From Hydrolagus affinis (Eukaryota), in assembly GCA_012026655.1 (NCBI GenBank), contig JAAILG010001708.1:1-62802 (forward strand): a DNA stretch of 62,802 nucleotides, written 5' to 3'. Positions 50,048 through 62,653 of the stretch are shown here, piece by piece. The position numbers and the translations under genes were made by a program. The notes below the pieces were generated by a model. The model had not been told where the DNA came from. It saw nothing but the letters and a program-made list of their open reading frames with translations, and did not search any database. Numbering within the stretch: position 1 is the first letter of the stretch; every line of letters begins with the position of its first letter.

Positions 50048-50420
50048 GGAGTGCTGCAGGTTAGCGGTTTAGAGCAATTGCCTCGCAAGGTTTCGATTCC
50101 TGGTCGGGTGAAACTTTGGGGGCTTCACTTTCCTTCCTCCACACACCACCCGATTACCAACCAAGTAAGTAGGAACCTGATTGTTAGTCGATTGGCGAAG
50201 CGATTTTCCAGCATTAAAATAATCCATTCAAAAACAATAGTAATAATTTGGTCACTTAATCCATGGCTGTGTGTGGGACACTACTGGGCGCAATTGGCTG
50301 CCGCATTTCACCCACAAAACATACAATCAATTCACTTTACAGTATATTCCTATGAAGAGCTTTGAGACGTCTAGAAGATATGATAAAGCGCTATCTAATA
50401 TTGTTACTATTTATTATTAC
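50048..50420 (+). mobile_element. Full-length SINE, long subfamily
   Basis: Head, central caagtaagtaggaacctgattgttagtcgattgg, consensus tail. Confidence 0.85.
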
Positions 50421-53399
50421 ATAGCAGAGACGGGGAAATTTGTGGGCGAGTGCAACCAGTCTAATGGAAGACATCTCGACATTGCCGGAGACCCTGGAAG
50501 TGTGTTTGATCACCTCCCATTCAACCAGGAAATGCTATTTCCCTTGTGGAGGCATAAAAGAGATGAGAGAGAGAAAATTATACAGGAAATAAAAAAGAAA
50601 TCATTTGATGCAATTTCAAATTCTTTGAACACGGACTAACCTCTTCAAATTCTATCCTCTGGAAAGTGACGCAACTGTTTTTTTTACACACACTCCAGAT
50701 TTCCGTTCCAATCAACGCTTCTCAGCTTGAAAGGGTGAAAAGGAATGAGATGCAAATACAAGGCAGCTGAGGCCCTAAACCGAATGGAACCTCACGCTAA
50801 GCCAAAATCCCCTCCTGGAGAGAGGTCTGCGTTTATTGGGATTGGCTAGTGCGATATCTTTGGCCATGAAAAGGGCTTTGCGTCTCGGTAATGTGTTAAA
50901 CTTGGAAATCTTTCACGCCTCTGCCCCACTCTGCTGCCGCCTTCTCTCTCTCTCTCTCTCTCCCCCTCTCCCCCATTCTAACTTTCAGCAGCAGAAGAAG
51001 TAATGAACTTGACCAGTGACGTAATAAGACATCTGGTGACCATAGCAGCAGATCAAGGAATGTACAGTTTTTTGACCGACAACTTTACAAAAACATACTT
51101 GGCTTCGTCTCAAACCAAAAGCAGTCCCTGATGTGCTAAAAACCCCTGATAGTCTCACACACACACACACACTTTTTTTTCTCATATTGTCCGATGTAAA
51201 CAGTGGAATCATATTAAAAGCAAAGCACGGAGTATGGATGATGAGCACATGTCTGAAATGTACAGCCAGGACTTGATGTGTACTAATAACAATGTTTACG
51301 CAGCCCTGCACATTCCTATATCGTTCCACACGAGGGTAAATGTTATCGCATTCACCCTAAAACATTCATTCGGGCTTTGTTTAGAAACAGATGCAATGCA
51401 CTCGCAGTATAACGCTATAATTAACTCAGACTAAATCTAACCCTCAAAATGTTTTAGCATTTAAATCCCTGAAAGAGTTTGCAATGAAAAAAAAGGGTGC
51501 CGAAATATTATTACAGTACAACACAACATTAACAATGTACAAGTGACTTGCTTCTTCATTCAATCCAAGGCAAAATACAGACTTGTTAGTGAGACGAAGA
51601 GGAGAAGAGCATTGCTGTGAATCAATATTGTCTCTTTTTTTTTGGTGCAGCGTAGGTGTTTCATATTTCAATTACCACAACTATTGCTGAACTTGTTAGT
51701 TGATTGAGATATGTTAACTATTTCCCACCTCGCTTGAATGAATTTCCACTCCCTCACCACGAATCACTTTGAGAGTTTTTTTTCCAAGACCGCCACAAGT
51801 CCAGGTCAGCATCATCGAACGTCGTCAAGTGAATCTACTGCTGTTGAACGCAGAAGTCAGACCATTAAATAGAGGCCCTTGTGTGACAGAAGATAGCAAA
51901 AGCCGTGGCATTTATGCTGTAGGCATTGATTTGATGTGCTGCCTGTGGCAAAATAACTAAAAGAAGGGCAGTTCTGTTGCTCCCATCAAAGACTAAATTA
52001 AATTCATTTCATTTACTGAACTGCACCCCCGAAGTACGAATATCACTGCAAACCACATTTTATAAACCTTTACAAATGTTAGGTTTCCCATTTTCTAGAT
52101 GATGGTCACAACTCCGAAAAACAAAAAGCGACGTCCTCTGACGTGAAAGGCGTCACACAAATATAACATTGTATTGTTATAACCCGCGTGGGATTACTGT
52201 TTTTTTTTTGATATTATCTAGTTCCCTTTTGAAAGCTAATAAGGATACTACGGACAAGTTATCACCAGAAATTAATATAAAGGTAAAAACATAATCAGAT
52301 TAGGTCAGATTAGTCAGAGACAAATAGAATGGTAATTTATTGCGTGGCTGGTAATGGATCAAAAACGAACAGCAAACCGAAACAGCCAAAGTACAAATGT
52401 GGTGCAGATGTCACAAGATGAAGAAAGATGAGAATTTATCGGAAAACCCTCGATTGTGAAATCGTCCTGATTTGTGTGGTAAAAAGCCCTTCATTTTCCT
52501 GATTGAGATCTACGCCTTACAAGCAAATGAGATTCTCATGTCACCGGAGGGCATTCAACCATAACAAGAGCATAGCCATGGATAAATATCAGCTAATTAC
52601 CAGGAGAGTTGGCAACTTACTCCGTGAGGCTCAGCCATTTTTAGGATGTCAGACATCTAAATCTAAGTCCTAGGGACTTCTATCCGTCAAATAAGTTTTG
52701 GGGGGTGTATTTCATTAGTACTTGGCAATGGATATGAACCATTTGATCTCCACCAGAGTGTCAAACTGATACTAATCTCTGCTGATTGAAGAAGTGAAAA
52801 GGCCAGGTTTTACTCTTACCGCATCTCTCCACAGACCCGAAAGTTCGTAGCGATTTTTTTTTCCCTGCTTTACTTTCGAAAGCTTTAGGAGTATTAGTAC
52901 GGCCTCTCCAAGATGCAAACTGTTGCACATTTGTAGGGCATTACTCATTCGAGGCTTCCACTGGGATTGACTGATTCATTTAACATTAGCAGAGAGTCTA
53001 TGTTACTGGAAGCATTAGAACCTTAAACAACATTCTGCATAACAGAAGGGGTAAAAGAGTTTGAACAGCCAAAATGAGGCGTCCCTAGGTTTGGCACAAG
53101 CCTTTTGTTCTTAAGATTGGAAGAATGAGGTAATTTCCTTTTACAGTACTGTACTCAGATTCAATAAGGATGATTTTCATGGGAGCCATGTGATTGGGTA
53201 TAGAGTTAGTCTAGTTAGGTTTTCAAGATTTTTTCTTCTCTTTAACTGTAGAAAATATGCAGGTACGGTATTTGGATACTTGGATACTACAACAACAAGA
53301 CAATTACACTTGTATAATGCCTTTCACATCAAGCGCTATACATACACTATGCCTCTCACCTCATAAATTGCTTCCCTCCACTCTTCCATTCCCTCTCTA

Positions 53400-53662
53400 T
53401 TTGCTTTGAGACGTGAAAAGCTCTATATCCAATGCAAGGATGATTATTATTATAATTATTATATCTTGTCTTCGAGTCCTTGCCTTAAAACCTACCTCTT
53501 CGACTGCCCCTGTGGTCAAAAAAACACTCTCTTCCCTCCCCTCCCCACCCACCTCTGTCTGCCCTCTCCCTCCTTCAGTATCCAGCCTGCGTCTTTGTAA
53601 AGCTGCACAAGATTTGATCTTGCATGAAGGGCGCGATATAAATTCACAATGTTGCTGTTGTG
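53400..53662 (+). mobile_element. SINE tail followed by a decayed L2 3' end
   Basis: gacgtgaaaagctctatatccaatgcaagg; then cttaaaacctacctcttcgac...tgaagggcgcgatataaattcacaatgttgctgttg. Confidence 0.65.
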
Positions 53663-55597
53663 CACCATTTTAGTTGATGAAATCTGCCACTCTCACAATG
53701 TTCGGAAGGTTGAGGTCCAGGCTGCTGGACTCGTTCAAGAAACTAGCTTATGGCAGTGGCTTCCAAACTTTAAATAGTGACGCCCCACCTAACTCAGCAA
53801 AGTTTTCGTTGCCCCCCCACCACCACCCCACCCCTCCTTCACACTTGGGTCCTTGGCTCCACACGCACTCAGGGGCTTGAGACACTAAAGCTCCACACAA
53901 CACCCCCCCCACCCCAGCCAACAGTACACACACCCCTCCCCCCAAGGGAGGCGCACCCCACAGTTTGGAAGCCACTGAGCCAGGGAGAGGGCAGACTGGC
54001 GAACGCTGAAATGGATGAACTGTATTCCAAAAGGATGGAATCAAATGGACCAAAGGTCTTCAAAAATGAATTTCAAGTGATCTTGTGAAAGCTTCTCCTG
54101 TTAACTTATAAGTTACTGTATCTTTTTAGCAGCTGAGATGCATAAATGAGTGACAGCAAAGTGTGTAATAACCTTTTGTGAAGATTTATTGCTAAATACC
54201 CTGCAGTTTTTCATTTAAAAGTTTGCACTGGACTTTTTAAGAATGAAAGTTTACTAATTATTTTTGACAGCAAAGCCACTCTGACAGTTTTGCTTTCCTC
54301 TGTACGTTCCTACGCTGAGCTGGAAAACTGGATATCCTGCAAATTCACAACAGAACAAAGGACTGTTCGAAAATAATAATGATTTTCTCGTGGTCAGCCG
54401 GGTGTCGGACACATGTAGAAATCCATCCCCACACTTAAGATGATCAACCAGACGAAGAGTAATTATACATATGTATGCTATTTACACTTGGAAATATCCT
54501 TGTGTCGGAAATTGGGATGTGCACTCGCTCCATGGAGGGGACCCACACTGTTTGCCTAATTTCATAGAGTATTAGACATCAAATTGGCAAGAGTCAAGGC
54601 TTGGGGGACCCCAGAGTGTGTGTGCTGGGGGTGCTGAAGTTTAACCAGCTAAGATTGCAAAGCTCGCCAATGACCACACTCACCGTCCGGCAAGGACCAC
54701 CCTATCCATCAGGGTTTGGGTCTACAGGGTTAGCAGGGAGTTGGGTGGATCTGTTCCTTGTGACTGATCTGCCTCGCTTCCGAGTCCTGCCGATGAGTTC
54801 TGCAGTTTGGTATATCAAGATTGCCTCAAGTACTGAGGACTACCTGGCTCAGAAACTGGACTACGACAAAAGAGTGACTCGATTCCGACATTCAATCACC
54901 TCGAAGCCAGTCAGGTCCCACCACTTACCTCTTCCCCCTCCCTTCCCCTCCGAGGAACAGTAACAATGATAGGGAGAGCAATGGGATGAAGTAGAATTCA
55001 GCTGAGTAACCCTCAGCTGCTGACCCTCAGTTGGCTGTAGGCAGAAGCCACTGCCTCTCTTCTAGAGAGAGTTTTATCCCTCAAATCAACCAACCGTGCC
55101 AGCCATCAGAGTTGACTCAGAGCCCAAGATCTTTCCCGAGCCAAAATCAGCATCTCAGTGTGTGTGTGGGGGGGGGTGCGGGGTGGATTTCACTGGAGGA
55201 AAGACCGTTTATGTCAGTAATTTACTGAGGCCCAATCGGCGGTTACATCACTCGAGCGCATTATCCACGTGAAAATGGCAGTATATTTTTTAATGACTAA
55301 ATAAAATTTTATTTTATTAGTACAGTATCTCTTCCAAAGTGATTTTCCCTTCTGAACACACATCCCAAAGCAGTCCCTAAAGCATTGTCTTTTCTGACGG
55401 CAAGAGTCCCTACCTGGCACCTGTCCTGAATGACCGTTCTATACACATGTGAGGCTGATTGTTAAGTGATGGGGGCAGGGAAGGCAAGAGGAGGAATCAA
55501 ACATGAAACTCCGTTCTGTTCCCAGTCAATAATCCACAAATTTACAGATTCTAGCGAGAAGCCCCAATTCAGTTTAATTACATTTAATCTAATACCA

Positions 55598-56208
55598 TAG
55601 TAATAATCTTTGCACTTGATCGCACTTTTCACGTCTTCTAGACATCTCAAAGGGGCTGTCACAGAATATACTGTAAAGTGAGTTGACTATAAGAACATAA
55701 GAATTAGGAGCAGGAGTAGACCATTCAGCCCCTCGAGCCTGCTCCGCCATTCAATAAGATCATGGCTGATCTTCTGACCTAAACTTCTGACTCTAATTAC
55801 CTGCCCTATCCCCATATCCCCTAATCCCTCTATTTTTCAAAAATCTGTCAGTCTCAGCCTTGAAAATGTTCAAGGACTGAGCATCTACAGCCTTCTGGGG
55901 CAGTGAATTCCATAAATTCACTGCCCTCTGAGTGAAGAAATGTTTCCTCAACTCTGTTCTAAAAGGCTGACCCTTAATTTTAAGACTGTGACCCCTGGTT
56001 ATAGACCCAGTACGTAGGGAAAACGCAGCAGCCAATTGCGCACAGAAGTGTCCCACAAACAGTCGTGGAATGAGATAACAATTTTATTATTTTTTCGAGG
56101 GACTATTGTGCAGTAAGGAAACTTGCCCAAGGTTTCGCCCTGTCTGCCCGGAATCAAACTTGGGTCTCTCATTTGCAAAGGCTCTAACCCACTGAGCTAC
56201 AGGACTCC
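55598..56208 (-). mobile_element. Young SINE interrupted by a CR1 insertion
   Basis: Tail 55598-55690 and body/head 56010-56208 are colinear halves of one SINE. Confidence 0.85.
55690..56010 (-). mobile_element. CR1-clade LINE 3' end
   Basis: ORF 55793-56056: TRGHSLKIKGQPFRTELRKHFFTQRAVNLWNSLPQKAVDAQSLNIFK, the CR1 ORF2 C-terminus; tail ttcttatgttctt. Confidence 0.93.
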
Positions 56209-57254
56209 ACAATCTCAGAACATATTGGAGCTATAAGTGGACATTGACAAAAAAAAAGCTCAGTCCAGGGGAAACTGTTTCAGCAACATCTGTCCAGGAT
56301 CTCATGTTAAACGCGTTTTGCAGCGGGAGCTTTTGAAAGCGGGTTAAACTCACTGAGCTACTGAGCTAACCAGCGTTGCAGCTGGTGAATCGGCAGTAAC
56401 TCTGCACGACTGCGGTCTCAGAAGAAGGATAGAGCGGCGGGCGCAGATGGAAGAGGGTCACGAAAGAGATGAAAGCCTCCACCCCAAAAAAGTTAAACGT
56501 TAACAATTTCGACTCAGGATTTTCGAACACATGGTAGAAGCATAGAGAAAATAAAACCAGGGAGAAAAATAGCATTAGTGTGCACTTCCTTGACCTTTGG
56601 GTCCTAGCAGTCGGTACTTTATGCCTTTTGACTCGCTCTGAATCCTGCCACAGGAGGCTTGTCAGTCTGCCACTGGCCTTGGGAAACCCCATTGCTTCCA
56701 AATGGTTTCTCTACATGTCCAAACTCTGGCTAACGTGAGTAACTCCTGATCATCTGTGTTGGTGTGCAGACAGGACGCCAGGCTTGCGTTGATGCTTCAG
56801 CGCTCGCTTCTCCTGAGAGCGAGGGGTTTCTCTGTCTCTAACAACAGTAACTTGCCGCTTCTATTGATTGGCATCTTTCACGGAGGGTGATGCATCTAAA
56901 TCCTTTCAAGAGATACAATGAAAAGCTTAGCAAAGTGGTGGGTGGGGAGTGGGATGGAGGGTAGGGGAGTGAGCTGACCAAAGGTGTGGTCAAAGAGATT
57001 GGTGTTTAGAAGTGATTTTCAAAGCAGAAAGGAAGGGTGTAAAGGCGAATGAGACTGAGACTGGGGGAACTATACCCAGAATTTTAGAAACAACTATTTT
57101 TAAAAAAAATTCTAACTTGAGTTTTTCCAATTCAACATCACGAACCAAGTAATGCTTCGGCTGGTTCATTGACCAGGATACAACAACAACAACAAAAAAT
57201 GACACTTGTATAGTGTCTTTACATCAGGAGGACATCGCAAGATGCTGGACAGTC

Positions 57255-57560
57255 AATTGTTTGTCAATTGCCAGATCGTTTTCTGGGGATAATAATTCAC
57301 AAAATGCAACCCATTTTACAGTATATTCTGTGAAGCATTTTGAGACGTCTCGAATACGTGATAAGGCGCTATATTAATAATAATAAATAATAATAATCCT
57401 TGCATTTGATATAGCACTTTCCACATCTTATCAACGTCCCAAAGCGCGTCACAGAATATACTGTAAGTGAATTGACTGTATATATTTGTGGGCGAATCGC
57501 GGCAGCCAATTGCTCATGGCAGCGTCCCCCACAAATATCAAATGCGAGGATTATTCTTAT
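57255..57560. mobile_element. Nested SINEs: a minus-strand copy inside the tail of a plus-strand copy
   Basis: The plus tail breaks at ...ggcgctatat (57374) and resumes atatcaaatgcgagg (57535); the insert between is a reverse SINE 3' end. Confidence 0.85.
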
Positions 57561-59329
57561 AAACTGGTAGAACAGGCAGAACAGTTCATTGGCTCTTTTT
57601 CCAGTTCTTATGTTGAGATAGGATTTGTTAGATATTTGTTAGATACTATTTTGCGTAACAATTAAGCAGTTTACAGCAATCAGTGTTATGTTGCAGCATT
57701 TTCCTTCCTTTCTTCATTTTACTATTTTTACTTTTGATCAATGTTGTTTTAATATTCTGTTAAAAAATGTAACTAATTATTATAAACCTCCACGGATGTA
57801 AGCAGTTCATCGTTCTTTATAACGTGAGGGCTGAGTTATGCTATATCCTCTGCTGGAAGGATAATTAATGATACCACACAGCTTGATGCTTGGTCCTGCT
57901 TGAATCACTCCGTCCATTAGGTTGAGGACACGTCTGCACCTTCAAGTCTCATTGATAAGCTGAACAGGCTGGTCAGTCATCAACAGCCTCTTGTCAATTG
58001 CTGGTTGGATACAAATGTGTTAGTCAAGGTTGAATCCGGGGCCTGAATCAACTGCCTGCCCCACCCCCCCCAACGGACCTACATCAATACCAGTGGGATG
58101 TGGTCTGGAGTAGCTGGGAGACCTTTGAGGGAACTGAGGTTGACCTTCACACTTTTTCAGTGTCATGTAAATTATTTTGCACTTCCTGAAGTGTTCTGAG
58201 CAAAGCCTGCGCCAACTCACTCAACTCCCTCTTCCCAGGCATGGTGCCTTCCTGGTGCCTTCCTGTAATTGGTTTTGCATTGGTTATCCCTCGAGTCATC
58301 CAAACGTTTAGCTGGTTCAGTGAATCAGACCTAAGCTACGCTCATTGGAAGTCTGACAACCTCTTTCTCCCTGATGATCTATACTTATAATAATAATAAT
58401 AACCATTACAATGTAATATAGAGCCTTATCAGGTCATTGAGATGTCTCAAAACTCTTCACCAAATTTCTTCACTAGAAACTCTTCACAAAGCTAAATTCT
58501 AAAGAACCAAACACAGCCAGAGAAGAGGCGAGAGTGATGATGCAGATATGTTCATCTGCTTTCTTCCCTTTCCCAGCTGGATCTGCTTTGCCAGCTTCAG
58601 TAATGGAGGAAAACAGTCCTTATGATTATTGTTGGTTGGCACTAGGTCATGTCCAAACTTTTCTCCGCCAGGAGGGAAGTATTAACATGCAGAGGATGGA
58701 GAAATGAAGAGAATCGAAGGGCTAAGCAATGGGTAATAATATTAAATGGGCACTCGGGGAGATTTTAATGGCTTTAGCAGAGGATCTCTTCCCTGCAATC
58801 GTGACAGGCAGAATCGGTCCTTGAAGCATCTCGCCCTCACATGTCCATGATGTCAGACGGTATTTCATGGGCAAATGCTGGTGATGACACGGGCAATTTT
58901 CAGCATGACTTCCCCTCTAACTTGATTAGTCACAGTCCACACAGGCCGAGCATTCCTGAAGGAGAATCGTTTACGACAATTTTTATAGGAAAAAGCCTTG
59001 TCCAACAAGCCAGTAAAACAGAACTTCAGAGATTTTCAAATGCGAGAATGGGACGAGGGAGGCAATCACCTCTGTGGAAAATAGAACCAATTCCAGGTTA
59101 GACTTGTTAATGCCTTTAATATATAGAACAGGGCCTAGAGAAGGAGTTGGATGACCCTTTTTTAATATGCACTTTCAAGCTAGAAAATAAGTGGCCAGTT
59201 GAGATGCATTAAAAAAAGGTCTACAAATGAGCTACAATTTCCAAGTGTGAATGCACTAGAGCAGATGCCATGAAAGAAACTTCCTAGACTTTCTGAGTGA
59301 AACGTCGTCCATAATTTTACCTTGGATTG

Positions 59330-59580
59330 TAGCCATATTTATCTCTGAATTTACAATACTGTAGTAATCCCAGCGTTTGCGAAAGCACCTTAGCATCGCC
59401 ATGTCTCAAAGCACTTCACGGAAATGACTGAAAAGTATAATAACTGTCCTTTTGTAAATAAACACGGCACATAATTTTTTGCACAACAATGTCCCACAAA
59501 CACAAAGCCAATGACCTCAACCAGAAAAAACTTCCTTCTCTTTTAATAGTGCCCTGAATAGGCCGACAGGGTCTCAGTTT
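59330..59580 (-). mobile_element. Old SINE fragment
   Basis: atgtctcaaagcacttcac...gcacaacaatgtcccacaaac...aatagtgccc. Confidence 0.6.
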
Positions 59581-59582
59581 AT

Positions 59583-59820
59583 CTAGAATCTTACAGCTCC
59601 GAAGGAGGCTATTCTGTCCATCATGCTTGTGCTGGCTCTTTGAAAGAGCTGTCCAACTAGTCCCACTCCCCCACGCTTACCCCATAGCCCTGCTAATGTT
59701 TGCCTTTCAAGGGCCTATTCAAGGGCCAGGTATCAGCTGTTTTGAAAGCTGTCGTCTGTGGTTTACAAACTAGGTGTGTTCCATGCTCTGCTATGGGAGA
59801 TTCTCTTCCCACCCCACGCC
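59583..59820 (-). mobile_element. CR1 3' end relic (different subfamily)
   Basis: tagaatcttacagctccgaaggaggctattctgtccatc...ctctttgaaagagctgtcc. Confidence 0.6.
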
Positions 59821-59864
59821 CCTGAGATGAGATGAACTACTTTTCCCGCGTCAAAAAAAAAATA

Positions 59865-60041
59865 GTAATTTGGGTCACTCAATCTACGACTGTTTGTGGG
59901 GGACGCTGCTGTACGCAATTGGCTGCCACGTTTCGCCCACAACTATACAGTCAATTCACTTTACAGTATATTCTGTGAAGCCCTTAGAGACCTCTAGAAG
60001 ACGTTAAAAGCGCTATATCAAATGCAAGGATTATTATTATT
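59865..60041 (+). mobile_element. 5'-truncated young SINE
   Basis: Near-consensus 3' part. Confidence 0.9.
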
Positions 60042-60469
60042 GCTTGAAGAGGCACTCAGTCACTGACTAGCGTACTGAGTAATGTAACGTTAATTCTAAC
60101 CCTAGAGTTTACTAGTTGTATGTCTAATACAATGACATGCTCGTTATATGAAGAGCTAAAATGCCCCACAGTACTAGTGACTAATTTTGTAGAAGATTTG
60201 GTTCATATTTTAAATATAGTTCTTTTCCTACTTTTGGTTCTTACAGGAATTAATGTATTAAATCAAATGAAAAGGTTTGCAAACTCTTGTAATTAGCATT
60301 TTAGAAAATGTGTGTTTTGGTGGCGGGGTGGTGGGGAGGGTTGGTTAACTCATGTAATTTGCATCTTTAAACTACATCTTTAAATCTTTACATACTTAAT
60401 ACAAAACTTACATCTTTAAATTAATTTTAAATTACTTCCAGCCATGGGCCAAACCCTCATTGTCCCTTC

Positions 60470-60659
60470 AAACATAATATTGATAATTTGGTCAATCAAT
60501 CCACGATGGTTTGTGGGGGACACTGCTGTGCGCCATTGGTTGCCACGTTTCGCCCTCAAACATACAGTTAATTCACTTTACGATGTATTCTGTGAAGCGC
60601 TTTGAGATGTTTCAAAGATATGATAAGGTGCAATAGCAAATGCAAGGATTATTATTATT
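60470..60659 (+). mobile_element. 5'-truncated young SINE
   Basis: Near-consensus 3' part. Confidence 0.88.
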
Positions 60660-61734
60660 CATCATTCGTAAAGCAGACCTGTTCACATCACCAGGCTGCT
60701 TCTGTTGGTACATAAATCTTCAAAGTGTTGGACCAAATAAAGCCCTAATACCTCTTTTCGAGATCCCTGGAGCTTCACCCAGTCTAATCCCATGTGCAGC
60801 AAAGTTATGTCAACCTGAAATCACAGAACTGCCCAAATCGCCTGGATGGCTTTGTTGGGATTTGCCTTTGGGTTTGCCTGTCAATGTGCCTAATGTTCAT
60901 GGAAGGAACTAAATCCTAATTCACTGGGGAGTGAGCCAACATGAAATTACGCCAATTTATGACTTGCAAAATAGAATTGCTAAAGTAAATGTCAATTGAC
61001 CGTATACAAGGAGGGACTGGTTCAAATTAAACTGGCCTTAATTGCGAACCAGACTCAGTTAAAAAGGTCTCTTAGATTTGTGACTATCATTTCCTATGAA
61101 AGGTAGGTGTCAAGTCATCATTTCATTATTGTAGCATTCGCTTTGTACCCAATTATTTCAATTTTTTGTGTCTACGCTGAAAAGTTACAGTTTGCTCTGC
61201 ACTTAGTATTGAAATATATCAACAACACACACAACAAAATCACATTTATAGAGTGTTTACATTTATGGAGAGATAGAAAAAAAACTCCTCATAGTTCCTA
61301 GAGAGTAAACTATAGCCACTATTGGAAGAACGCAAGCCATGACTTCCAATAAAAGTTTAAGTATTTATGGAAAAACTTACAGGAAAAGGCAAATTTATGA
61401 TCAAAGTGTCTCATTGTCCAGGACTTAGCAATAATCCGTTTTGAACAGCAGCTGAAAAGATCTCAAAGATTTAAAGAATTCAGTGCTCAAATCTGATGCT
61501 TTCTTAAGGTGGTTGTAAAATGTGCCATTGAAATATGATTTGCAATGCTAGAGATAAATGTAGACACACCAGTATTCACTAAAGCCTTCAGGATCAGCTT
61601 GTGATTCCACAATTATCATTATTAGCTAGTCGTAGCTCAGTAGTAACCTCACCCCTGGGTCAACAAATTCTGTTTCATCAGGAATTAAACTTGCAACAGA
61701 AACAACAAATTATATTTGTAGACCATTTTGTCCA

Positions 61735-62015
61735 CAGGAAGAGGAGTAGGCGAATCAGCCCCTCAAGCCTGTTCTGCCATTCGATTGAAACATTCATGTC
61801 TGATCTGTACCTTAACTCTAATTATCTGCTTTTGTCCCATATTCATTAATATCCTTACCTAGCAAAACGTTTTCCACATCAGTCTTGAAAATGTGAATGG
61901 ATCCAGCATCCAACAGCCTTTTGAGGGAGAGCTCTAAATTTCCACTATTCTTTGTATGGGACCAAAAATTCTTCCATGTTTCACCTCCTAAATGGCCTAA
62001 AGCTCTAATTAAGAT
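61735..62015 (-). mobile_element. CR1 3' end, diverged
   Basis: ggagtaggcgaatcagcccctcaagcctgttctgccattc... is homologous to 55700-56000. Confidence 0.8.
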
Positions 62016-62275
62016 CAGGTGGATGCTGAAGATCCCATTATACTATTCAAATAGAGAAGCGAGCTTCACCCAGTGTCCTGGCCAATGAATCCCCCCACAG
62101 AATACATTGGTTAATCATGTCAATGCTGTCAGTGGGACAGATTGCTGGGTGTAAAATGACTGCCTTGTTTGCCTATAATACCCGTGTCCATACAAAACCA
62201 GTCACCACGCACAGAGTGATTATTTTAAAGCACTTTGGAATGTTTCAAAGTGTTAAAAATGGAAGTTCTTTCAAT
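62015..62275 (+). mobile_element. Old Deu-domain-type SINE 3' half
   Basis: caggtggatgctgaagatcccatta...cccagtgtcctggccaa...aagcactttggaatgt. Confidence 0.7.
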
Positions 62276-62407
62276 TCTTACTGCGAATTTAATGCAGAAA
62301 GGAAACATGATGCCTAGAACAACACACATCCACTCCCCTTTACTATATATCCTATCAAGTGCTTTCAGATGTCCTCCAGATTTCAAGGCACTATATGAAA
62401 TGTAAGA

Positions 62408-62653
62408 AACAAAAACAGAAGTTGCTGGGGAAACTCTGCAGGTCAGGCAGCATCCATGGAGAAAGGAAAAAGAGTCAACATTTCGGGTCTACAACCCTTC
62501 ATCAGAACAGGGTTAGTTCTGACGAAGGGTTGTAGATCCAAAACGTTGACTCTTTTTCCTCTCTCCATGGATGCTGCCTGACCTGCAGAGTTTCCCCAGC
62601 AACTTCTGTTTTTGTTTCAGATTCCCAGCATCTGTAGTATTTTGTGTTTTGTG
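62408..62653. mobile_element. Penelope-type inverted terminal-repeat dimer with a 14-bp TSD
   Basis: Arms 62406-62508 and 62516-62618 are reverse complements (5 mismatches in 103 bp); spacer agggtta; tatgaaatgtaaga is duplicated at 62394-62407 and 62654-62667. Confidence 0.9.

Noticed and set aside
54601-54963. 120-aa ORF (also 20983-21294 and 10189-10431)
   Set aside because: Non-ATG start, no recognisable domain and no convincing splice signals; the length is compatible with chance.
56370-56503. CpG-rich short frame ending ...SLHPKKVKR*
   Set aside because: Weak acceptor, under 50 codons, and no recognisable homology.
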